Below, in pieces: positions 57,325 through 64,000 of a DNA stretch of 64,000 bases (positions are counted from its first letter, which is position 1; each line of letters opens with the position of its first letter). The notes below the pieces were generated by a model. It ran no database searches and had not been told where the DNA came from. It saw only the letters and a list, made by a program, of their open reading frames with translations. The position numbers were made by a program, and so were the translations under genes. The stretch is taken from positions 173,403-237,402 of the forward strand of contig VGKG01000001.1 of assembly GCA_016867115.1 (NCBI GenBank). Reading direction: 5' to 3'. Origin of the DNA: Candidatus Omnitrophota bacterium (lineage in GTDB: Bacteria > Omnitrophota > Gorgyraeia > Gygaellales > Profunditerraquicolaceae).

Positions 57325-60296
57325 TGCAGGGGCTCCTTCCAGGCTGATTTTAGAGCGTCGATATTCGCTTTTACGCAGGGCTCTCCGTCTAAGCCGAAGA
57401 CCCTGAAAATTTTGCCCTTGTTCACGCATCCGATCAGGCCGAAAGCTACGCCTTTATTTTTCAGGATGCGCTCAAATTCTTTCTGCTCCTTCTTCTCCAC
57501 TTCCACGATGAATCTTGAATTCGATTCGGAAAAAAGGATAAAGTCATCCCTCAGCTCACTAACTTTTGACTTTTGAGTCGCAATTTTGACATTTGACATT
57601 TGACATTTGACATTATATGGCACCCCTGAGAGGAATAAATCCATGCCCAGGCCCCCGGAGAAGCTCATCTCCGCCGCAGCGACACCGATGCCACCCTCGG
57701 AGCAATCGTGCATAGCCCGGATCAGGCCTTTATCTGAAGCGATACTTAAAGCCTCAAAATTAAGTTTTGCTGTTTTAGGAAATACCTGCGGCACGGAATT
57801 GCCGGTAAGGCCGGTGAGGCCAAAATAATGCGAACCTCCCAGCTCAGGACGGGTCAGGCCCACCACATAGACCGGATTACCGGCTTCTTTTGCATACATG
57901 GAGACGCTTTTTCCCGTGTCCTCCATGACCGCAAGGGCAGAGATCAAAAGCGTACCCGGGATAGCGATAGATTTATTCTTTACCGTGAACTCATTATTTA
58001 AGCTGTCCTTTCCTGAAATAAAAGGCACGCCAAAACCCTTTGCCGCGTCATAACAACCCAGGGCTGCGCGTACCAATCCGCCCAGCCGGTCGGGTTTATC
58101 AGGATTGCCCCAGCAGAAATTATCCAGGATCGCCACTTCCTTTAATGAGCCGCCCACAGCAATGACCTGTCGCAGCGCCTCGTCAATGCAGGATGCCGCC
58201 ATCCAGTAAGGATCGATCAGCCCGTATCTGAAGTTTATGCCGCAGGAGACGATCAGGCCTCTCTTTGAATTTAATATCGGTTGAGCTACCGCCGCATCCG
58301 AAGGCCCGTCATTTACTATGCCGCTTAAAGGCTTTATTATTGAGCCGCCCTGCACTTCATGGTCATACTGCCGGATGACCCACTCCTTGGAACAGAGGTC
58401 ATACTGGCCGAATATGCGGGTCAGGGATTTAGTCAGGTCCCTGGGGCAGCTGCGCTTGAATTCCTTGTGCCGGGGCTGGATAAAGATGGCATTTCTAGTG
58501 ATCTGAGGTATTCCTTCATGCAGGAAAACCATATCCAGGTCAGAGACCAGATTATCCTGATAATAGAGTTTAAGTTTGCCTGTATCAGTGAACTCTCCGA
58601 TCACTGTCGCCTCTACGTTTTCGCGGCTGAAGACCTCGATCAACGCATCTATCTTATCCTTGGGCACGGATAGGACCATCCTCTCCTGCGACTCGGAGAT
58701 CCAGATCTCGGTGTAAGAGAGGCCGGTGTATTTGAGGGGCACTTTATCCAGATAGACCTCAGTGCCCAATTCAGCGCCCATCTCCCCCACGGCGCTAGAG
58801 AGCCCGCCTGCGCCGCAGTCAGTGATCGCGCTGTAGAGCCCGGCGTCGCGCGCAGTAAGAATCGTATCCAGCATCTTCTTTTCCTGGATGGGGTTTCCGA
58901 TCTGTACTGCGCCGCTTGAGACAGTTTCTGACTCATGGGTCAGCTCCCCGGAAGAAAAAGTCGCGCCGTGGATACCGTCCCTTCCGGTGCGGCCCCCCAC
59001 GACCACAATCAAGTCTCCGGTATGCGTCTCCTTAAAGGATTTTTCCTTAGGCATGATCCCCACTGTCCCGCAATACACTAACGGATTACCCACGAAACGC
59101 TCATGGAAAAGGATTGCGCCATTAACTGTAGGAATACCCATCTTATTGCCGTAATCCTTCACCCCGGCGACTACCCCTTTCATGATCCGCTTAGGATGCA
59201 GGGTCCCGGCGGGCAATTTTTTGAAGGGATAATCCGGCGGGCCGAAACAGAAGACATCGGTGTTCAGGATGGGTTTTGCGCCAAGGCCTGTACCAAGAGG
59301 GTCCCGGATCACTCCGCCTACGCCGGTATTTGCCCCGCCAAAAGGCTCTAAGGCCGAGGGGTGATTGTGCGTCTCTACCTTAAAACAGACATTATGTTTT
59401 TCGTCAAAACGGATGACCCCGGAATTATCCTTAAACACCGAAACGCACCAGGGCTTATCCAGCTCCTTAGTCACCTTCATAATCGTAGACTTCAGTAGAT
59501 TATTAATGATGAAGTTACGTTTACCGTTTACTGTGTACCGTTTACCGTCTGAAGTCAAGCGCTCAGTATATTTAATTTTTCCTCGAAATGTCTTATGGTA
59601 ACAATGCTCAGACCAGGTCTGGGCCACTGTCTCAAGCTCGACGTCAGTAGGATTGCGTCCGAGCTTACGGAAATAATCCTTGATGTGGCGCATCTCAGCC
59701 AGGTTCAGGAATAACTGGCCGTCTTTGCTCAGGCGCGCTAATTCTTTATCCGAAGCATTCAATAATTCGATAGTACGCAGTCTGAATTGGTAGCCTGAGC
59801 CGGTTAAGGCGTACGGCAGGGAACCGGGGATTTCGCTTGATACGATATGCTGGATCAATTTGTTATAAAGGAGTTTTTCCGAGATGACTCTAAGCTGTGC
59901 TGAGGTAAGCCTGCCTTTGAGGATGAACTTTTTGGCGGTCTTGACACTTACTTTCTCTTCGATCCCGAGGTCACGGATGCCTTTGAGCGCGGATTCCTCG
60001 ACCGGATCCATTACTCCCGGATTATAGGCAACTTCGATTACAAACTCATCTTGGGTTTTGCGTTGCGGGTTGTGGGTATTGTTGAAGCTATACTCCTGGG
60101 AGATCTTATCGACTAGTAACTCGGAGCAGATCTTTTCGAGCTCCTCTTCGCAGATATCGCCGTCAAGGATGTAGACCTGGATAAACTCTGCCTCCCGGAC
60201 GCTTTTTATACCTAAGTCCAGGATATCTTTCCTGATGCCGCTCCCCACGGCATCAAAGACTCCAGGCTTATCCTTTACCTCGATTTTGTACAGCAT
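57318..60296 (-). CDS. purL: FGAM synthase PurL with two fused N-terminal PurS-like modules
   Basis: IEVKDKPGVFD and IEVAYNPGVMD modules; WSEHC.HK, ETHNHPS, GRDGIHGA, DCGAGG, SESQER, ISGKDSL. Confidence 0.95.
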   Translation of the reverse strand: MLYKIEVKDKPGVFDAVGSGIRKDILDLGIKSVREAEFIQVYILDGDICEEELEKICSELLVDKISQEYSFNNTHNPQRKTQDEFVIEVAYNPGVMDPVEESALKGIRDLGIEEKVSVKTAKKFILKGRLTSAQLRVISEKLLYNKLIQHIVSSEIPGSLPYALTGSGYQFRLRTIELLNASDKELARLSKDGQLFLNLAEMRHIKDYFRKLGRNPTDVELETVAQTWSEHCYHKTFRGKIKYTERLTSDGKRYTVNGKRNFIINNLLKSTIMKVTKELDKPWCVSVFKDNSGVIRFDEKHNVCFKVETHNHPSALEPFGGANTGVGGVIRDPLGTGLGAKPILNTDVFCFGPPDYPFKKLPAGTLHPKRIMKGVVAGVKDYGNKMGIPTVNGAILFHERFVGNPLVYCGTVGIMPKEKSFKETHTGDLIVVVGGRTGRDGIHGATFSSGELTHESETVSSGAVQIGNPIQEKKMLDTILTARDAGLYSAITDCGAGGLSSAVGEMGAELGTEVYLDKVPLKYTGLSYTEIWISESQERMVLSVPKDKIDALIEVFSRENVEATVIGEFTDTGKLKLYYQDNLVSDLDMVFLHEGIPQITRNAIFIQPRHKEFKRSCPRDLTKSLTRIFGQYDLCSKEWVIRQYDHEVQGGSIIKPLSGIVNDGPSDAAVAQPILNSKRGLIVSCGINFRYGLIDPYWMAASCIDEALRQVIAVGGSLKEVAILDNFCWGNPDKPDRLGGLVRAALGCYDAAKGFGVPFISGKDSLNNEFTVKNKSIAIPGTLLISALAVMEDTGKSVSMYAKEAGNPVYVVGLTRPELGGSHYFGLTGLTGNSVPQVFPKTAKLNFEALSIASDKGLIRAMHDCSEGGIGVAAAEMSFSGGLGMDLFLSGVPYNVKCQMSNVKIATQKSKVSELRDDFILFSESNSRFIVEVEKKEQKEFERILKNKGVAFGLIGCVNKGKIFRVFGLDGEPCVKANIDALKSAWKEPLQW
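57562..57614 (-). repeat. In-frame 7-mer array in purL (C-terminal region)
   Basis: Coding strand GTCAAAT x3 GTCAAAA TTGCGA CTCAAAA GTCAAAA. Confidence 0.85.
59517..59551 (-). repeat. In-frame 7-mer x5 array in purL
   Basis: Coding strand CAGACGG TAAACGG TACACAG TAAACGG TAAACGT. Confidence 0.8.
60051..60078 (-). repeat. In-frame 7-mer x4 array in purL (linker between the PurS-like modules)
   Basis: Coding strand TACCCAC AACCCGC AACGCAA AACCCAA. Confidence 0.7.
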
Positions 60297-60330
60297 GTAA
60301 AGACGGAACTTATAGGGTGGGAAATAGTTT

Positions 60331-61623
60331 CTATAAACCGACCTGCCGGAAAATCTTATTCACGTTACGCAGGTAATAATCCAGGTCAAAAATGCGCTCA
60401 AGGTCCTTCTCGGTAAGGAGCGAGCTCACCGCAGGGTCATTTAAGAGGTTCTCCTTAAAATCCGTACCCTCTCTCCAGGTCTTCATCGCGCATCTTTGCA
60501 CATAGTCATAGGCCTTCATCCGCGGTAAGCCGCGCTCCATGAGCTCAAGCAGGACGCGCTGCGAGAATATCAGGCCATGCGTGCGGGCTAAATTAGCCAG
60601 CATATTCGCAGGATACACCTTTAACCCTTCAATCACTTCGATGAACTTATTCAGCATGTAATCTAAGGCGAGGGTCGAATCCGGGACGATCACCCGTTCA
60701 ACCGAAGAATGTGAAATATCCCGCTCATGCCAGAGCGCCACATTCTCCATTGCGGCCAGGGCATTGGCGCGCAGGAGCCTGGCGAGGCCGCAGATGCGCT
60801 CGCAGATCACCGGATTGCGCTTGTGCGGCATGGCAGATGAACCCTTTTGATTCTTGCCAAAAGGCTCCTCTGCTTCCAGGACTTCTGTCCTCTGCAGGTG
60901 CCTGATCTCGGTGGCGAACTTATCCAGGCTTGAGCCGATGATAGCGAGCCGCGCCATCAAAACCGCGTGAATATCCCTCTGCACTATCTGGGTCGAGATC
61001 TTCGCCGGCCGCAGGCCTAACTTTCCACAGATGTATTTTTCTACCGCCGGCTCGACATTGGCATAAGTTCCGACTGCGCCGGAGATCTTGCCGACTGCGA
61101 TCTCATCCCTGGCTAATTCCAGCCGCTCCAAATTGCGCCTTGTCTCGTCGTACCAGAGCGCAAGCTTAAGACCAAAGGTAGTAGGTTCTGCATGCACCCC
61201 GTGAGTGCGGCCGATACAGACCATATCCTTGTAGCTGCGCGCCTTCTTTGCCAGTAATTTCAGGAGCCGATTAAGATCCTGGATCAATATACCGCAGGCA
61301 GCCTTTAACTGCACTCCAAGCGTCGTGTCTAAGACATCCGAAGAGGTCAGGCCCATGTGCAGGTATTTGGCGTCCGGGCCGATATATTGGGCGACATTGG
61401 CCACAAAAGCCACCACGTCATGCTGGGTCTTCTCTTCTATCTTTCTGATCTGCTTGAGGTTGAATCTAGCTTTCTTCCTGATCCTTCTGACTGCGTCCTG
61501 CGGGACCTTCTTTTCTTTGGCAAGCGCTTCTAAGGCGAGTATCTCAATGTCCAGCATGGTCTTAAACTTAAACTCCTCTTCCCAGATGCCGGACATCTTA
61601 GGTAAGCTGTAACGTGGGATCAT
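60331..61623 (-). CDS. purB: Adenylosuccinate lyase
   Basis: HDVVAF, GRTHGVHAEP, GSSAMPHKRNP, ERDISHSSVER. Confidence 0.97.
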   Translation of the reverse strand: MIPRYSLPKMSGIWEEEFKFKTMLDIEILALEALAKEKKVPQDAVRRIRKKARFNLKQIRKIEEKTQHDVVAFVANVAQYIGPDAKYLHMGLTSSDVLDTTLGVQLKAACGILIQDLNRLLKLLAKKARSYKDMVCIGRTHGVHAEPTTFGLKLALWYDETRRNLERLELARDEIAVGKISGAVGTYANVEPAVEKYICGKLGLRPAKISTQIVQRDIHAVLMARLAIIGSSLDKFATEIRHLQRTEVLEAEEPFGKNQKGSSAMPHKRNPVICERICGLARLLRANALAAMENVALWHERDISHSSVERVIVPDSTLALDYMLNKFIEVIEGLKVYPANMLANLARTHGLIFSQRVLLELMERGLPRMKAYDYVQRCAMKTWREGTDFKENLLNDPAVSSLLTEKDLERIFDLDYYLRNVNKIFRQVGL

Positions 61624-61646
61624 TTTGTCTCCTTTGAAGAAATCTT

Positions 61647-61674
61647 ATTATATCAAAAATCGGGGCTTATGCAA
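61647..61674 (-). promoter_or_regulatory. Candidate sigma70 promoter of the pur cluster
   Basis: TTGCAT-N16-TATAAT with TGn extension, then AAGGAG RBS. Confidence 0.65.
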
Positions 61675-61695
61675 TAAAAAAGGGCGAACGGAACC

Positions 61696-64000
61696 TTACC
61701 CTAAGAGGACTTTCAGGATATGGGTTTTAGTGGCGGGAAACCTGAGGATCTCCTTGCGGGAGATGGTTATACCGGCAGATGGCTTTATAAAGAGATTGCG
61801 GCCGTTGAGGCTGGCGCGGATGATCTTATATTTTCCGTAATCGAGCCTTGCGGGATTATGGAAACTCACCCTGATCCTGCGGCCGGCAAACATGCGGCTA
61901 ACACTCAGAGTTTTACTCTTCTTAAACTGCTCAACACAGAGTTTCGGTTCAATGAGCAGGTCTCCGTCCTGGCCCCTTACGCCGAAGGCAAGCCTGGCCA
62001 GCGTCAGCACAAACCAGCTGGCAGAACCGGTCAGATACGCATACATACCCCTGCCTTCAAGATTGAAATACTCCGGCAGGCAAGGGTAGATCTTTGCTTT
62101 TTTAGTATCCAGCGCCATCTTAGAGATCGAATCTAAGGCTCTCCAGCCCTCCTTAGCGAACCCGCGCCTGTACAAGGCATTGGCGAACATCACTACCATA
62201 TGGTTAAAGAAGGCGCCGTTCTCCTTATCTCCGTATATAAAGGAAAAAGCCCGGCCAAGATCAAGCTGCTCATCTTTAAAATCGGTATTAAGATGATAAC
62301 CTTTAAGTTTTTTATCCCACAGATATTTATTGACGCTGGCCAGGATCTTTTTTATCTGTTTATCGTCGGCAATCCCGCTCATCACCGGAAAGACTTGTCC
62401 GGTCAGGGTCATGCGCAAAATCCCGCCCGCTCTTCCCTCTACGCGGCGGCCGCGATTATCATAATAGCCGTTGAAAAAGCCGTCTTTAAGCCATTCGCTT
62501 TTACGGATGTGTCCCTGCATCCATTCGGATTTGGTCATCAGGTCATCCGCAAGCAACGCGGCATTCAGGCTGGCCTTCTTTCCGGAAATACCCTTACTGA
62601 CTTTTTGCAGATAATCTTCAAGGAGCCTGCGCTTGGCCTTTACATTGCAGTAATCTAGCGGCCCAAGCAATAGCTTTAACTCCTCTGCCACTTCTATTCT
62701 TTCTCTACCGAGCTTCTCAAGCATCCGCGCCAAGAGGGAAAGGTTAAGCGCATACATTGTACTAAAGGCTACGCTCTCTCCGTTCTCACCGGCCATATCC
62801 AGGCCGTCATTCCAGTCAGCGCCTTCAAGCCGCACATGATTATGTCTGCCCACATTAAAGAACTGGGCCAGGCTCTGTATCAGGAGGTGCTCAAGTATGC
62901 TTGCCTTATAAATCTTACCCGACTTAGCCTTAAGACAGCTGCCCTCAGACGGATCATATTCTTTATCTATTGAGCGCGAACGCAGGATGTGCTGGTCGCG
63001 GAAATACCCTGTCTTTTCTAAAAGGATACCTTTGTCTCCGGTCTCATGCAGGTAAAGGTCTACTGTCAGAAGAGGCCAGACTCCGTGGTCCATCCAGACG
63101 CGGGCGATATCATTACGGTCAGCGATGAACTCACCCGGCTTTTTGCCGATGATAGTGGCGTTTGATCCGTCGATCCTGACTCCGGAAAAATTATTCACTA
63201 ACATAGAACGCACTGAGGCAGGATCAGTCAGGATCAGGCTTAGGCAATCCTGCCAGAGGTCGCGCCAGCCCCGGCCGCCTTTTCCGTAATCAAAATCCGG
63301 CAAAAAGGAACAGCCGAAGATCCTTCTTAAGGTCGGCTGGATGCTCACCCAGCGCAACCAGTTGTCGAACTCAGAGTCGGAGGTAGAGATCTCTGCCTCG
63401 AGGCTCTTCTTTACCCAGAAATCCTTTGTCTGCCTGAAAGATGCTTCCGCTTTTTTCAGGTCTTTAAACTTGCGGATGATCTTTTTTATCTCGGAAAGAT
63501 GCTCAGTGATCCCCATGACAATAATATAGGAGCGGGATCTGCCCGGCCCAAGAACCATACTTCTAAAACGTAAGGCTCCCATCGCCTCTCTTCCCTGGAT
63601 CTGCATTTTAGCCGGAGGCAGATTCCCTAAAACGCTCTCCGGAGCTTCCAGGTCCCCTGCCTCGCCGCAAAAGATCTCCTGCGTCGGATAAAGATATTGC
63701 GGAGGAAGGCCTTTTTCATCCCAGCCCAGGACAAAATAAAGATCCTTATTCGGCCGGTGGCCTGCCTCATCAAAAGAAAGGGTAGGTTTTGAGATCACCC
63801 CGTATTTATCCGGGATGATCCTCTGCAGGAGGCTGGTGACATGGCGGTGGTCGCGCAGGTTATTTGCCCCCCGGCCGTAGATGGGGATAGCTGCAGTAGG
63901 AGTGAATCTTACCGCGCGCTTAGTAGTATTGCTGATCTTAACCTGCATCACCTCGACCGGCTCACTGCTTGAAGGCACAAAAGAAAGGATCTCTGCCTCA
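61696..64000 (-). CDS. GH94 glycoside phosphorylase (cellobiose phosphorylase-like), 5' end outside the window
   Basis: RGWRDLWQD, ADWNDGLD, ENGAFFNH, YLTGSASW; frame is open to the window edge. Confidence 0.85.
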   Translation of the reverse strand, partial: EAEILSFVPSSSEPVEVMQVKISNTTKRAVRFTPTAAIPIYGRGANNLRDHRHVTSLLQRIIPDKYGVISKPTLSFDEAGHRPNKDLYFVLGWDEKGLPPQYLYPTQEIFCGEAGDLEAPESVLGNLPPAKMQIQGREAMGALRFRSMVLGPGRSRSYIIVMGITEHLSEIKKIIRKFKDLKKAEASFRQTKDFWVKKSLEAEISTSDSEFDNWLRWVSIQPTLRRIFGCSFLPDFDYGKGGRGWRDLWQDCLSLILTDPASVRSMLVNNFSGVRIDGSNATIIGKKPGEFIADRNDIARVWMDHGVWPLLTVDLYLHETGDKGILLEKTGYFRDQHILRSRSIDKEYDPSEGSCLKAKSGKIYKASILEHLLIQSLAQFFNVGRHNHVRLEGADWNDGLDMAGENGESVAFSTMYALNLSLLARMLEKLGRERIEVAEELKLLLGPLDYCNVKAKRRLLEDYLQKVSKGISGKKASLNAALLADDLMTKSEWMQGHIRKSEWLKDGFFNGYYDNRGRRVEGRAGGILRMTLTGQVFPVMSGIADDKQIKKILASVNKYLWDKKLKGYHLNTDFKDEQLDLGRAFSFIYGDKENGAFFNHMVVMFANALYRRGFAKEGWRALDSISKMALDTKKAKIYPCLPEYFNLEGRGMYAYLTGSASWFVLTLARLAFGVRGQDGDLLIEPKLCVEQFKKSKTLSVSRMFAGRRIRVSFHNPARLDYGKYKIIRASLNGRNLFIKPSAGITISRKEILRFPATKTHILKVLLG

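Noticed and set aside
7074-57429. Long N-terminal extensions given by the ORF track for rfaE1, GDT1, HAD, xerC and LOG
   Set aside because: They overlap upstream genes or regulatory DNA; downstream starts fit family lengths and RBS or stop/start coupling
68-63529. Numerous plus-strand ORFs (e.g. 17059-18084, 41214-42194, 50430-51155)
   Set aside because: Antisense shadows of well-supported minus-strand genes, with no recognisable motifs

Overview
Core bacterial chromosome of a diderm (LPS-making) organism. Gene style and fusions suggest the PVC superphylum, most likely Candidatus Omnitrophota (inference, not searched). About 63 of ~64 real genes are on the minus strand; a Ski2/HelY-like helicase is the only plus-strand gene. 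Reading right to left: GH94 phosphorylase (partial); pur cluster (purB-purL-LOG-purQ-purF-purM-purD-purE); tsaC::LMW-PTP-rpiB-glyA-dCMP deaminase-nrdR-DUF151-CCA/HD-AsmA-pyk; OM barrel-rtcA-ydbH-ynbE::ydbL and membrane proteins; ECF sigma/anti-sigma/Spy-like triad; a small AT-rich insert between a truncated and an intact yjbQ; a macro::NUDIX fusion; aroC/spoVG/aroK; dprA-topA-xerC; a ~20 kb Kdo/heptose/lipid A/Lpt cluster; tig-clpP-aminotransferase. No rRNA, tRNA, CRISPR or transposase gene was seen. The most unusual signal is hidden at the micro scale. At least eight tandem arrays of 4-6 imperfect 7- or 8-nt units occur, mostly with unrelated unit sequences. Six lie wholly in frame inside purL (x3), purQ, purM and lpxK, one spans the purD stop codon and one is intergenic. 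A separate family of GGGACA...TGTCCC palindromic intergenic repeats occurs at four sites.
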